Shown here: positions 29,434 to 40,174 of the stretch, in pieces
How positions within the stretch are numbered: the first letter of the stretch is position 1
How the letters are laid out: the number at the start of each line of letters is the position of its first letter
Source of the DNA: Bacteroidia bacterium
GTDB lineage: Bacteria > Bacteroidota > Bacteroidia > NS11-12g > UBA955
DNA length: 64,000 bases
NCBI GenBank assembly: GCA_023228875.1
Contig: JALOAG010000005.1
Span: 149,801 to 213,800 of the forward strand
Direction of reading: 5' to 3'
Position numbers and translations under genes: made by a program
The notes under the pieces: model-generated
The model's database searches: none
Seen by the model: the letters and a program-made list of their open reading frames with translations, nothing else
What the model was told of the DNA's origin: nothing

Positions 29434-29657
29434 ATTTCTATTTCTCCTTTTCTTGTTTTTCCTTGATGTATAACGTTCTCGCTCTGTGGTGAGCCGCCCC
29501 TCATTGAGGTTGCTAAATTGTCAATAATTTTAATGCAAACAAAAAAAATATGACTTGTATTTTACTATTCTTTTTTGCATAGCAATACTCCCTATTTCGT
29601 TATTATACATTAAAGAACTAACAATTGTTAATTGTTGTGGGGGCTAAACTAACATAA

Positions 29658-31202
29658 TTATCCTTTATATTCACCAAATATTTTTCTTAAACTATCTGAG
29701 ATTTCTCCTAATGTGGCTAAACCTTCAACTGCATTTAAAATATATGGCATTAAGTTGCGATTTTCTTTTGCAGCATTTTCTATATCAGTCAATAACATTT
29801 CAACCTGTTTGTTGTCTCTGTTATTTTTGAGGCTGATTAATTTTTCTATCTGACTTTGTCTAATGCTGTCATCAATTTTAAGAATTGATTCAGATTGTGC
29901 TTCTTCTTCAATGAAACTATTCACTCCAACAATAATCCTTTCACCTGATTCAATTGATTTTTGGTATTTGTATGCGCTATTTGCAATTTCTTGTTGCATA
30001 AATCCTTGCTCAATAGCAGAGACTGCACCTCCCATACTGTCTATTGTGCGGAGCAATTTGGAAACTTCGGCTTCCATTTTGTCGGTTAAGTATTCAATAT
30101 AATATGAACCGCCAAGTGGGTCATCTGTAAGCGCAGCACCGCTCTCATGTGCTATAATCTGTTGCGTACGTAGAGCAAGTGAAGCAGCTTTTTCTGTTGG
30201 TAACGAAAGTGCCTCGTCATATCCATTGGTGTGGAGTGACTGAGTTCCGCCACAAACTGCGCTCATCGCTTGTATTGCAACACGGATAATGTTATTTTCG
30301 GGTTGTTGAGCTGTAAGGGTGGAACCTCCGGTTTGGGTGTGAAAACGTAACATCATGGCATGTGGGTCTTTCGCTCCCATGTCTTTCATGATTTTTGCCC
30401 ACATTCTTCTTGCAGTACGAAATTTTGCAACTTCTTGAAAAAAGTCATTATGGGCATTAAAAAAGAAGGAGAGTCGCTTACCAAATACATCTATATCTAA
30501 CCCTTTTTCAATTGCAGCTTTAACATACGCCTTTCCATTGGCTAATGTAAATGCCAGCTCTTGAACTGCAGTAGAGCCCGCTTCTCTGATATGGTATCCT
30601 GATATTGAGATTGTGTTCCATTTTGGTACTTCTTGACTACAATATTCAAAAATGTCGGTAATGAGCTTCATTGACGGCTTGGGCGGATAAATATAAGTAC
30701 CGCGTGCTACATATTCTTTGAGTATATCATTTTGAATAGTACCTGAAATATTCTTAAGATTGGCTCCTTGTTGTTTTGCCAATGCGATATACATTGCTAA
30801 CAAAGAAGAAGCTGTTGCGTTGATGGTCATAGACGTGGTAATGTCTTCTAATTTTATACCATCAAATAACACTTGCATATCTTTTAAAGAGTCAATAGCA
30901 ACGCCTACTTTACCCACTTCGCCCATACTCATTTCATGGTCTGAGTCATATCCGATTTGAGTGGGTAGGTCAAAAGCGACCGATAAACCGGTTGTCCCTT
31001 TATTTAATAGGTAGTGGTATCGCTTGTTTGATTCTTCAGCAGTGCTAAACCCAGCATACTGGCGCATTGTCCAAAGTTTGCCTCTGTATTGAGCTTTTCT
31101 TATACCGCGCGTGTAAGGAAATTCGCCTGATGATTCTGCGCCTCCTTCGTACTCAGTTTTAATTTCTATACCGGAGTCGTTAATAATCGTTTTAGCAGAC
31201 AT
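29658..31202 (-). CDS. Methylmalonyl-CoA mutase, substrate-binding (N-terminal) subunit without cobalamin-binding domain
   Basis: WTMRQYAGF (Tyr as in MCM, not the Phe of isobutyryl-CoA mutase), [39 protein letters not shown]; no DxHxxG B12 motif. Confidence 0.92.
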   Translation of the reverse strand: MSAKTIINDSGIEIKTEYEGGAESSGEFPYTRGIRKAQYRGKLWTMRQYAGFSTAEESNKRYHYLLNKGTTGLSVAFDLPTQIGYDSDHEMSMGEVGKVGVAIDSLKDMQVLFDGIKLEDITTSMTINATASSLLAMYIALAKQQGANLKNISGTIQNDILKEYVARGTYIYPPKPSMKLITDIFEYCSQEVPKWNTISISGYHIREAGSTAVQELAFTLANGKAYVKAAIEKGLDIDVFGKRLSFFFNAHNDFFQEVAKFRTARRMWAKIMKDMGAKDPHAMMLRFHTQTGGSTLTAQQPENNIIRVAIQAMSAVCGGTQSLHTNGYDEALSLPTEKAASLALRTQQIIAHESGAALTDDPLGGSYYIEYLTDKMEAEVSKLLRTIDSMGGAVSAIEQGFMQQEIANSAYKYQKSIESGERIIVGVNSFIEEEAQSESILKIDDSIRQSQIEKLISLKNNRDNKQVEMLLTDIENAAKENRNLMPYILNAVEGLATLGEISDSLRKIFGEYKG

Positions 31203-31212
31203 ACAGATGAAC

Positions 31213-31746
31213 TTAAAAATATAGTCTAATTTCTGCTTTTAGAAAGTCAATTGCTTTTTGTGTAGGTTGCAAATTGCTAGCAATCATGGCATCAATCATA
31301 GCTTTACTCAAATCAATTCCACTCGCATCTTTAGGTAGGTGTTGGTATGTATTGATGATAAACTCTAATACTTCTTCCTTCACCAACTTTGTCATTGCCC
31401 ATGCCTGATTAGAAATATAAATCTGTTGGGAAATATTGTGAGAAAACTCTGAGTTGATTGCAATAATTAAAATGTTTTTTAATTCAAGTGCACTCAGTCC
31501 GGGTGAGTTGTATTCTTGTATCAGCGTTGCCGGACTAATTCTTTCCACTAATAATACTAATCGCTCATAGGCTTGTAGTTTAATAGGTGTAAAAGACACG
31601 CTATTGGATTTGCGTATATCTAGTTCTAATCTCTTTTGACTGTCATCAGTTAACTTGCTAATTAATAAATAAGTTATTACTGCTACTACGACCGAAGGTA
31701 ATACAAACTTAATGATTTCAAGCAAGATGAGTAAAACTGATTCCAT
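31213..31746 (-). CDS. Conserved hypothetical membrane-anchored protein
   Basis: N-terminal TM; [17 protein letters not shown] and [14 protein letters not shown] pattern typical of a Bacteroidota-conserved family; TATCTTCG variant -7 element at 31773-31780. Confidence 0.7.
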   Translation of the reverse strand: MESVLLILLEIIKFVLPSVVVAVITYLLISKLTDDSQKRLELDIRKSNSVSFTPIKLQAYERLVLLVERISPATLIQEYNSPGLSALELKNILIIAINSEFSHNISQQIYISNQAWAMTKLVKEEVLEFIINTYQHLPKDASGIDLSKAMIDAMIASNLQPTQKAIDFLKAEIRLYF

Positions 31747-32020
31747 TTATTCTGATAATAATTTAAGGTGGGCGAAGATAAAGTCTGAATTCTGAATTAA
31801 CAAAAGAAGATTGAAAAAACACTTTTACATATCTATTGCTTGACTAAATGTTGATTTAATCTGATGTATATAACTTTTATTTGGTGAAAACAGGTACATT
31901 ATATTGCATTATATATCTTGTAAATTACTGAAAATGAGAGCGATTTTGATACTAGCAGAGGTATGCTGTCTTTGAGTAGAAAAATTATCGCATACATTTG
32001 CAACAATAGATATTTGTTGC

Positions 32021-32869
32021 ATGGGGGATATGTTTGAAATGATTTTGATTTCCGGTATTGCCGGGTTGGTAGGTGCATTAACGGGTCTTGGAGGAGGTAT
32101 TGTAATTGTACCGGTATTGACACTGGTGTTTGGTGTTCCGATGAAATATGCAGTAGCCACTTCTTTGATTGCAGTTATTGGAACATCTAGTGGAGCCGCG
32201 GCAACTTATGTAAAAGAGGGTTTTACAAATATTCAGGTTGGAATGTTTTTACAAATTGCAACGTCAATAGGCGCAATCTTAGGGGCTGTAATTATTATTT
32301 GGATGGATGTACCGGTTGATGTTTTGGGGATTGTATTTGGGTTGGTTTTGTTAATCACTGCAATATTGACAGCGAAGAAACAGCCGGATCATCGTGAGAA
32401 TGTAATTGAAGGTTCTTTGACACAGAAGCTGCAACTTTATGGTGCTTTTACTCAAGATGATAAGACTATAAATTATGGTTCAAGGTTTCCGATATTCGGT
32501 TCTTTGATCATGGCACTCGCAGGATTTATTTCCGGTTTGTTAGGTGTTGGAGGAGGAGTGTTCAAGGTGTTAGCAATGGATAATGTTATGAGACTTCCGT
32601 TTAAAGTTTCAACTACTACAAGTAACTTTATGATTGGAGTAACTGCAGTTTCAAGTGCTATTCTTTATTTTGCAAATGGGTATGTAGAACCGCTGCTTGC
32701 TGCCCCTGTTCTAATAGGGATAATATTAGGTGCTTTTGTAGGAGCAAAAATTTTAAAACACATAAACGTGCATTTGTTAAAGCGAATATTTGCTGTTTTG
32801 GTTGCAATTATTGCGCTTTATATGATATATAATGGAATGGTTGGAAATTTTAGTGTAAAGCAATTGTAA
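32021..32869 (+). CDS. Sulfite exporter TauE/SafE family membrane protein
   Basis: GALTGLGGGIVIVP, AVATSL, SGLLGVGGG, P.KVSTTTSNFMIGVTA. Confidence 0.9.
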   Translation: MGDMFEMILISGIAGLVGALTGLGGGIVIVPVLTLVFGVPMKYAVATSLIAVIGTSSGAAATYVKEGFTNIQVGMFLQIATSIGAILGAVIIIWMDVPVDVLGIVFGLVLLITAILTAKKQPDHRENVIEGSLTQKLQLYGAFTQDDKTINYGSRFPIFGSLIMALAGFISGLLGVGGGVFKVLAMDNVMRLPFKVSTTTSNFMIGVTAVSSAILYFANGYVEPLLAAPVLIGIILGAFVGAKILKHINVHLLKRIFAVLVAIIALYMIYNGMVGNFSVKQL

Positions 32870-32871
32870 AA

Positions 32872-33261
32872 GTGATGATGGAATCAAAAAAAATATCCGG
32901 TAAATCAATTGAAATGCTTATTAGTAAAACACTATCGTGGGGTGTTTGGATGTCATTTTGGATTTCTGTTGTGGGGGTAGTATTACACTTCATTAATACA
33001 GTACAATCAGATAGTTTAAAGTCGATGCAATATTCAGAACCTAGTGGTTTTGACATGATTCGATGGGTTCAAGGATTGATAAATCTGAATGCAAGTGATG
33101 TTGCAATGCTTGGAGTATTATTAATGCTGTCAACGCCTTTGTTAAGGGTTGTTTTACTGCACTTTGCATATCAAAAACAAAAGAACAAACTCTATCAAAT
33201 AATTACCATAGCTGTATTATGCATAATTTTAGTTAGCGTTTTAATTGGAGCAAAAGGATAG
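32872..33261 (+). CDS. DUF1634-like membrane protein (TauE partner)
   Basis: Three TM segments, [14 protein letters not shown] motif, directly downstream of TauE. Confidence 0.8.
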   Translation: MMMESKKISGKSIEMLISKTLSWGVWMSFWISVVGVVLHFINTVQSDSLKSMQYSEPSGFDMIRWVQGLINLNASDVAMLGVLLMLSTPLLRVVLLHFAYQKQKNKLYQIITIAVLCIILVSVLIGAKG

Positions 33262-33346
33262 ATGTGAGCTATGATTCTATGCTGTATCATGCTTTACATT
33301 ATAAATATGTGAGTAAGATGTACACTATTCTCAGCCTAAATTATTC

Positions 33347-33354
33347 TAACTTTG
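33347..33354 (+). promoter_or_regulatory. Bacteroidota -7 element (TAACTTTG)
   Basis: Exact match 8 nt upstream of fur ATG 33363. Confidence 0.55.
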
Positions 33355-33362
33355 CAACCATT

Positions 33363-33887
33363 ATGTCTGAGACAAAAGCAGTGACAAAGAACATCATTGA
33401 ACTCAAGGAAACAGTGCGTAAGATTTTCACTGAATTTCTTGAACAGAATGGACATCGTAAAACCCCTGAACGATATGCAATTTTGGATGAAATTTATTCT
33501 AAAAGAGAACACTTTGATGTGGATACGCTTTACATCCAAATGAAAAATCGCAAATACAGGGTGAGTCGCGCTACTGTTTATAACACTTTAGATTTGTTGT
33601 TGGAAGCAGGCTTGGTTAAAAGACATCAGTTTGGACAAAATCTCGCAATGTATGAACAAGCCTATGGGTCAATGCAACACGATCATTTGATTTGCATTGC
33701 TTGTAGCAAAGTTTTTGAGTTTTGCGACCCTCGCATACAATTGATTAAAAATACGATGGGAGAGATGCTAAATTTTCAAGTAAAACATCACAGTTTGCAT
33801 TTGTTTGGCAATCCTCCTTTGGATGAAAACTCAGTATGTCAAAACTGCAATAAGGTCGTGTCACCTGATATGCCTGATTCAAATTAA
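33363..33887 (+). CDS. fur: Fur family transcriptional repressor
   Basis: [44 protein letters not shown]. Confidence 0.9.
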   Translation: MSETKAVTKNIIELKETVRKIFTEFLEQNGHRKTPERYAILDEIYSKREHFDVDTLYIQMKNRKYRVSRATVYNTLDLLLEAGLVKRHQFGQNLAMYEQAYGSMQHDHLICIACSKVFEFCDPRIQLIKNTMGEMLNFQVKHHSLHLFGNPPLDENSVCQNCNKVVSPDMPDSN

Positions 33888-33913
33888 AAAATAAACACAG
33901 ACAGTATAGAATA

Positions 33914-35185
33914 ATGATTGACGTAGTATTAGGATTACAATGGGGAGATGAAGGAAAAGGTAAAATAGCTGATTTTCTTACTCCTAGATATGATGTTGTT
34001 GCACGATTTCAGGGAGGTCCTAATGCGGGACATAGCCTTGCATTTAACCAAAAAAAGGTAGTGTTGAATACTATCCCTTCAGGTATCTTTCATGAAAATT
34101 GTATCAATGTCATTGGCAATGGTGTTGTTGTCGATCCGGTTCGTATCAAAGAAGAAATTGCTAAGGTGGAAGCAATGGGGGGTAATCCCTTGAAGAATCT
34201 AGTGTTTAGTAAAAAAGCAACAATTATACTTCCTACACATAGGGTTTTGGATGCTGCATCAGAATTTGCCAGAGGCGCAGAGAAAATAGGCTCTACATTG
34301 CGTGGTATTACTCCTGCATATCGTGATAAAATCGGGCGTACAGCTTTGTTTTTAGGTGAAATATTCTCTCGAGAATTTAACAAACATTATGAGCAATTAA
34401 AGAAAACGCATTTGAAGTATATAGGCTATTATGGCTATACTGATTTTGATTTGTCTGCTTTAGAATACGAGTTTTTTACTGCAATCGAATACTTGAAAAA
34501 ATTCCAATTTGACGATACAGAATACTTGGTAAATGAAGCGGCAATTACAGGAAAGAAAATATTGGCGGAAGGTGCGCAAGGCTCTATGCTCGATATTGAT
34601 TTTGGCTCATATCCTTATGTAACTTCTTCAAATACTATTTCAGGCGGAGTTTGCAATGGATTGGGAGTTGCACCTTCAAAAGTGAAAAATGTATCGGGTA
34701 TTTTTAAAGCCTATTGTACACGTGTTGGAAGTGGACCTTTTCCAACTGAATTAGATAATGAAATTGGTGTACAGTTACGGCAGAAGGGGTTTGAATTCGG
34801 GGCAACTACAGGTCGCCCAAGACGTTGTGGTTGGTTAGATTTGGTTGCATTGAAATATGCGATCATGTTAAGCGGAGTGAATAAACTTATCATGATGAAA
34901 GCAGACGTACTTTCCGGAATGGATGTTATTCAAGTGTGTACACACTACAAAATTGATGGTAAACAAACAGATAGAGTACCTTCTAACTTATGTGATGTTG
35001 CAATTGAGCCTGTCTATAAAGAATTTGAAGGCTGGAAAGAAGATATTAGTGTTTGTAAGTCGATGGAAGAGTTGCCTAAAACATTTTTGGATTACATAGC
35101 ATTTATTGAAAACTATACCGGAGTGGAAATTTCCATTATTTCTATAGGACCTGACAGGGAACAGACCATTTTGAATCATAAATAA
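33914..35185 (+). CDS. purA: Adenylosuccinate synthetase
   Basis: [47 protein letters not shown]. Confidence 0.98.
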   Translation: MIDVVLGLQWGDEGKGKIADFLTPRYDVVARFQGGPNAGHSLAFNQKKVVLNTIPSGIFHENCINVIGNGVVVDPVRIKEEIAKVEAMGGNPLKNLVFSKKATIILPTHRVLDAASEFARGAEKIGSTLRGITPAYRDKIGRTALFLGEIFSREFNKHYEQLKKTHLKYIGYYGYTDFDLSALEYEFFTAIEYLKKFQFDDTEYLVNEAAITGKKILAEGAQGSMLDIDFGSYPYVTSSNTISGGVCNGLGVAPSKVKNVSGIFKAYCTRVGSGPFPTELDNEIGVQLRQKGFEFGATTGRPRRCGWLDLVALKYAIMLSGVNKLIMMKADVLSGMDVIQVCTHYKIDGKQTDRVPSNLCDVAIEPVYKEFEGWKEDISVCKSMEELPKTFLDYIAFIENYTGVEISIISIGPDREQTILNHK

Positions 35186-35205
35186 TAAAGAAAAATAATA
35201 TTAAA

Positions 35206-36636
35206 ATGAAAGATAGTACAGCATACAGAATTGAGAAAGACAGCATGGGTGAAATCAAAGTCCCTGCTCATGTATATTGGGGAGCACAAACCGAGCGTTC
35301 ATTTGAGAACTTTAAAATAGGAGGTTCTAGGCACAAAATGCCGGTTGAAATTATTAGGGCTTTTGCCTATTTGAAAAAAGCAGCAGCATTGGCTAATTAT
35401 GAATTAGGAGTGTTAAATAAAGAGAAGTGTGATTTGATAGGTCAAGTTTGTGATGAGATACTTGCAGGAAAGTTGGATGATCAGTTCCCGCTTGTGATTT
35501 GGCAAACAGGTTCCGGTACACAGTCTAACATGAATGTTAATGAAGTGATCGCCAACCGAGGACATGTACTCAAAGGCGGTAAACTTACAGATGAAAAGAA
35601 ATTCTTGCATCCCAATGATGATGTAAACAAATCTCAAAGTTCCAATGATACATTTCCAACTGCTATGTCTATAGCGGTTTATAAACAAGTAATTGATTAT
35701 ACCTTGCCGGGTATGCAAGCATTGAAAACTACCATTAAACACAAATCAAGAGAATTTGCCAATGTGATAAAGAATGGTCGCACTCACATGATGGATGCAA
35801 CACCGGTGACAGTAGGACAAGAGTTTTCAGGTTACAGACAACAATTGGAAAACGGACTAAAATCAATAGAACATTCATTGAAAGATGTTGCTGAAATTGC
35901 GCTAGGTGGTACTGCTGTGGGGACAGGAATTAATACTCCAAAAGGATATGCTCAATTAGTAGCAAAACATATCGCAGCACTGACAGACTTGCCTATATTG
36001 TCTGCTCCTAATAAATTTGAAGCACTTTCTGCTCATGATGCTCTAGTTGAGCTACATGGCTCTTTGAAACGGGTTGCAGTGGCATGTATGAAAATTGCCA
36101 ATGATATTCGCTTGTCTAGCTCAGGTCCGCGTAGCGGAATAGGAGAGATACTAATACCAGCTAATGAACCCGGTTCTTCCATTATGCCGGGAAAAGTGAA
36201 TCCGACACAGGTGGAGGCACTTACGATGGTGTGTGCTCAAATTATGGGAAATGATGTAGCGGTTTCAATAGCCGGTTCAAACGGACAATTTCAACTCAAT
36301 GTATTTAAACCATTGATGGCAGTTAATCTACTTGATTCTGCAAGATTGCTCGGAGAGGCATGCCTTTCATTCAATGATCATTGCATGGTTGGGGTGGAGC
36401 CTAATTATCCTGAAATTAAACATAAACTTGAAAATTCGCTCATGTTAGTTACTGCACTTAATACGCACATCGGATATGACAATGCTGCTAAAATTGCTAA
36501 AAAAGCTTATGCTGAGAATACCAGTTTGCGTAAAGCAGCTATCGAATTGGGTCTTTTGACCAACGAACAATTTGACGAATGGGTGAAACCCGAAAGCATG
36601 ATTGGGGATTTGAATGATTCTATTAAATTTGATTAA
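35206..36636 (+). CDS. fumC: Class II fumarate hydratase
   Basis: [35 protein letters not shown]. Confidence 0.98.
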   Translation: MKDSTAYRIEKDSMGEIKVPAHVYWGAQTERSFENFKIGGSRHKMPVEIIRAFAYLKKAAALANYELGVLNKEKCDLIGQVCDEILAGKLDDQFPLVIWQTGSGTQSNMNVNEVIANRGHVLKGGKLTDEKKFLHPNDDVNKSQSSNDTFPTAMSIAVYKQVIDYTLPGMQALKTTIKHKSREFANVIKNGRTHMMDATPVTVGQEFSGYRQQLENGLKSIEHSLKDVAEIALGGTAVGTGINTPKGYAQLVAKHIAALTDLPILSAPNKFEALSAHDALVELHGSLKRVAVACMKIANDIRLSSSGPRSGIGEILIPANEPGSSIMPGKVNPTQVEALTMVCAQIMGNDVAVSIAGSNGQFQLNVFKPLMAVNLLDSARLLGEACLSFNDHCMVGVEPNYPEIKHKLENSLMLVTALNTHIGYDNAAKIAKKAYAENTSLRKAAIELGLLTNEQFDEWVKPESMIGDLNDSIKFD

Positions 36637-36637
36637 T

Positions 36638-37078
36638 ATGATAAGGAAAACTCTTGTAAATGTATTGTTGGTAGGGATAGTTGTTGCTATTGCATCTTGT
36701 GGTGGAACTACTAAAGGCGGAACCTATGGTGAATCATTCACTCCTGCTAATCCGATTTCAATTGATGAAGTCCTTCAACAAATGAATGGCAAAGAGTCAA
36801 TGGAAGTGGAAGTAAAAGGCAGCATTTCTGCAGTATGCAAACATTCAGGTTGTTGGATTACTTTTACAACCAAAGATGGCGAACAAATCTATATCAACAC
36901 GATTAATGAATCTTTTAGTTTGCCTCAAGATGTTGTTGGTAAAACAGCTATTGCAAAAGGCAAGGCTCTGTCAGTAGAAAAGCAAAAAGAGATTGAGATT
37001 GCCAATGGTGAAGATGCAGAGGATTTAGATTGGATTGATAATATTAGCATTGAAGCAACCGGTATTATTGTAGAGTAA
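36638..37078 (+). CDS. DUF4920-like lipoprotein
   Basis: Lipobox IASC; YGESF, AVCKHSGCWI and SIEATGI motifs. Confidence 0.7.
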   Translation: MIRKTLVNVLLVGIVVAIASCGGTTKGGTYGESFTPANPISIDEVLQQMNGKESMEVEVKGSISAVCKHSGCWITFTTKDGEQIYINTINESFSLPQDVVGKTAIAKGKALSVEKQKEIEIANGEDAEDLDWIDNISIEATGIIVE

Positions 37079-37200
37079 CCAATCGTTGTTACTCAGGGTT
37101 GACAGGGTAAAATTGTAATTGGATTTATAGGGTGGATACTTAGCCCTAATTTTTAGTTATTCCTTATACATTTTTATGTTTGTATCATAATAGTTTTTCC

Positions 37201-37230
37201 GGATTGCTTCGGGCGATGCTCTCGCAATGA
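37201..37230. repeat. Solo REP-like palindrome (GATTGCTTCG...CTCGCAATGA type)
   Basis: GGATTGCTTCGGGCGATGCTCTCGCAATGA folds into an ATTGC/GCAAT stem with a TTC bulge and an inner GGGC/GCTC stem; it lies between convergent genes. Confidence 0.5.
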
Positions 37231-37254
37231 AGAGGTGTAGGATGTCTGCTTGGA

Positions 37255-38505
37255 TTAATTTTCTGCGTTGAAGAATTGACCTTCTAGCATGACCTTAGCC
37301 GGTCTTGACATCGCAAAGTGATATGGAATATGGGTCAAAGTTGTACCTGTCCTAAAGAAAAGCAAGGATGCTTTTTTGCCTTTTGTTATGCTACCATAAT
37401 GATCAGATAGTTCAATTGCTGCTGCAGCGTTTATGGTTAATGCGTTGAATGCTTCTTCCGGTAATAACTTCATTTTGGTACACGCTAAACTCCAAACAAA
37501 TAACAAATTTCCTGAAGGACATGAACCTGGATTAAAGTCAGATGCTAAAACCAATGGTAATCCTGCATCAATAATAGAGCGAGAGGGCGTAAAAGGCATG
37601 TTTAAATAGTAAGAGCATCCCGGTAATGAAACAGGCAATGTGTTTGATTTGTGTAATGTTTCTATTTCTTCATTGCCAATATTTTCCAAATGATCCACTG
37701 AAATGGCATTACATGCTACACCAACTTGAACACCTCCGGAGGTAGCCAATTGGTTTGCATGAATTTTGGCTTTTAATCCAAATTGGCTTCCAGTCTTGAG
37801 GATTTCCGAAGTTTCGTCAGGTGTAAAAAACCCTTTATCACAAAAGACATCAATGTAATCAGCGAGTTTCCTTTGTGCAACACGAGGGATTAATTCATTT
37901 TTAATTTTTTCTATGTAGGCTTTGCGATCAGATTTGTACGCGGTTGGAATGGCATGAGCTCCTAACAAGGTTCTTTTGATTGGAATCAAATTCATATCCC
38001 TTAGCTCTGTGGCGACTTCAAGCATTTTGATTTCACTCTCAGTAGTCAATCCATATCCGCTTTTGATTTCAAAAGCAACAGTACCGGTTTGAATACAGTC
38101 ATTAATGCGTTGTAATGCATCTTGTTTCAATTGTTCTTTAGAGGCGGCTTGCATTGCATTTGCAGAATTAAGAATTCCACCACCTGCAGCAGCAATTTCC
38201 TCGTATGATTTCCCTTTTATCTTCATTTTAAATTCCTCTTCACGTGTTTTAGAGAAAATAATATGTGTATGAGAATCAATAAGTCCCGGTATGACTGTTT
38301 GTTGTGCTGCATCTATTATCTGATCAAAATAGGTTTCGTTGGGATAGGTCTTTAATGTGCCAAAATCTGTTATAATGCTGTCTTCAATACTCAGCCATGC
38401 ATTGGCAAGACTGTGTACTTCCATCATTTCTTTGCCGGACAAAAGTTGTTTGCCAGAGGGTTGGATACCATATAAAGTGCCGATATTTTTAATCAGAGAT
38501 TTCAT
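37255..38505 (-). CDS. hutI: Imidazolonepropionase
   Basis: PGLIDSHTH, IAAAGGGIL, EIKSGYGL, DVFCDKGFF, HANQL, SVDHLE, LASDFNPGS. Confidence 0.95.
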   Translation of the reverse strand: MKSLIKNIGTLYGIQPSGKQLLSGKEMMEVHSLANAWLSIEDSIITDFGTLKTYPNETYFDQIIDAAQQTVIPGLIDSHTHIIFSKTREEEFKMKIKGKSYEEIAAAGGGILNSANAMQAASKEQLKQDALQRINDCIQTGTVAFEIKSGYGLTTESEIKMLEVATELRDMNLIPIKRTLLGAHAIPTAYKSDRKAYIEKIKNELIPRVAQRKLADYIDVFCDKGFFTPDETSEILKTGSQFGLKAKIHANQLATSGGVQVGVACNAISVDHLENIGNEEIETLHKSNTLPVSLPGCSYYLNMPFTPSRSIIDAGLPLVLASDFNPGSCPSGNLLFVWSLACTKMKLLPEEAFNALTINAAAAIELSDHYGSITKGKKASLLFFRTGTTLTHIPYHFAMSRPAKVMLEGQFFNAEN

Positions 38506-38520
38506 CTTAATTTTGCTCAC

Positions 38521-39030
38521 ATGATTACGGTGCAAATGTTACGAAATCCTATCAAAAAAGGGAAAGAAGTTTTTATAGCTGATAATGCTAGAGTGATAGG
38601 CAGGGTTGTGCTTGGAGATGAGGTCTCAATTTGGTACGGAGCAGTATTAAGAGGTGATGTAGATGACATCATGATAGGAAACAAAACTAACATACAAGAT
38701 AATGCAGTGATACATGTGGACAAAAACTCACCTTGCGCTATTGGTGATGAATGTATTATAGGGCATGGTGCTATTGTGCATGGAGCAAAACTTGCAAATA
38801 ATGTCTTGGTAGGGATGCATGCAACAGTGTTGAATGATGTAGAAATTGGAGAGTTTTCGATCATAGGTGCAGGTGCTGTTATAGCACAAGGAACCAAGAT
38901 TCCGCCCTTTTCATTGGTTTTGGGGGTGCCTGGCAAAGTTGTAAAAACGTATGATGAATCTATCAAAGCCAGAATAAGACAAAACGCACAGAATTATATT
39001 GATTTATCAAAAGTTTATCTTGAGTTATAA
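38521..39030 (+). CDS. Gamma-carbonic anhydrase family protein (YrdA/PaaY-like)
   Basis: Hexapeptide repeats; SIWYGAVLRGD, NIQDNAVIH, IGHGAIVHG, GVPGKVVK. Confidence 0.9.
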   Translation: MITVQMLRNPIKKGKEVFIADNARVIGRVVLGDEVSIWYGAVLRGDVDDIMIGNKTNIQDNAVIHVDKNSPCAIGDECIIGHGAIVHGAKLANNVLVGMHATVLNDVEIGEFSIIGAGAVIAQGTKIPPFSLVLGVPGKVVKTYDESIKARIRQNAQNYIDLSKVYLEL

Positions 39031-39040
39031 TCCAAAAACA

Positions 39041-39385
39041 ATGAAATACATTATATACCACAATCCGCGTTGTTCTAAAAGTAGAGAATCTTTATGTTAC
39101 CTCCAAGAGAAAGGAGTGGAAATAGAAATCAAGGAGTATTTAAAAGATGCACCCGACATTCAAGAGCTTACTGAATTATTGGCAATGCTCAAGATTCCAG
39201 CTATAGATTTAATTCGTAAAAATGAGCCGATATTTAAAGAGAAATATGCCGATAAACAATATTCTAATGAGCAATGGATAAAGGTGATGCATGAAAATCC
39301 CATATTAATTGAACGTCCCATTGTGATTAAAGGAAATAAAGCCGAAATAGGACGACCTTTACAAAAGGTGATTGATTTGGGATAA
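39041..39385 (+). CDS. arsC: Arsenate reductase (glutaredoxin-dependent) ArsC/Spx-like family protein
   Basis: YHNPRCSKSRE and P.LIERPIV motifs. Confidence 0.85.
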   Translation: MKYIIYHNPRCSKSRESLCYLQEKGVEIEIKEYLKDAPDIQELTELLAMLKIPAIDLIRKNEPIFKEKYADKQYSNEQWIKVMHENPILIERPIVIKGNKAEIGRPLQKVIDLG

Positions 39386-39451
39386 TTCTTTGCGCCTTTG
39401 AGTTTCTAAAGACGTATAAATTCTTTTCATTTGCAACATCATTTAGTTGGC

Positions 39452-40174
39452 ATGTCTGAACTATCCATTTTTATTCCTTGTGTGTTAAATCATCTCTATC
39501 CTCAAACAGCAGAAAGAGGCGTGAAGATATTTAAGAAACTGGGTTATACTGTGAATATTGTTGAAAATCAGGCTTGTTGTGGCTATCCCTATTTAATCAA
39601 TGGAGATAAGCATGGTGCCAAAGAACTGGCACAGAAATTACTCTTTGATTTTCAAACAGGTAAAAGAGATCATAAGATTTTATCTTTATCCCCTCTGTGT
39701 CATCATACAATTCAGAATTCATATCCAAATTTGTTTCATAATTCCATTTCTCATAATTTGTGTCAAAAGGTTTTAACAGATGTTGCAGATATGTATGAGC
39801 TCATTGCAGCACATGAAATAGTTATTACTCCAAAAGAGAAAAGTGTTTTAGTGATTGATAATCTTTCTAATTTGGCAAGCCTTCAGCGGATTACAAATTA
39901 TCATAAAGCTGAAAGTAATTGGCTTGTAAAAGATTCCGGATATTGTTGTTCGGGTGCCGGTAGCGGTTTCAATAGATTTAATAACAAATTAGCTAAAGAC
40001 ACAGTGTTGGAATATTGTTCATTTGCAAAGGAACACCAAGTGGATAGTTTGACTTTTACAGATGAGTTCTCACTTGCTTTCACAGAATCAGTGCTTGAAA
40101 ATGCACATATTCAATTGCAAACCCGACATTTATTTGATATTCTTTATGAACAACTCCACTCCACGAGCAATTAG
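39452..40174 (+). CDS. CCG-domain (Fe-S)-binding protein, LutA/YkgE-like, divergent
   Basis: IFIPC..NHLYPQTA, QACCGYP, second CCSGAG motif. Confidence 0.65.
   Translation: MSELSIFIPCVLNHLYPQTAERGVKIFKKLGYTVNIVENQACCGYPYLINGDKHGAKELAQKLLFDFQTGKRDHKILSLSPLCHHTIQNSYPNLFHNSISHNLCQKVLTDVADMYELIAAHEIVITPKEKSVLVIDNLSNLASLQRITNYHKAESNWLVKDSGYCCSGAGSGFNRFNNKLAKDTVLEYCSFAKEHQVDSLTFTDEFSLAFTESVLENAHIQLQTRHLFDILYEQLHSTSN

Noticed and set aside
29466-29510. TGTATAACGTTCTCG upstream of dnaA, resembling the opening of an attC-like arm
   Set aside because: No complementary arm or closing GTT core follows, and the flanks are core genes.
31899-32160. Two short minus-strand ORFs at the tauE 5' end
   Set aside because: They overlap tauE antisense and show no recognisable features.
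33264-33362. Extended N-terminus of fur
   Set aside because: The TAACTTTG -7 element at 33347-33354 lies inside it; ATG 33363 fits the family.
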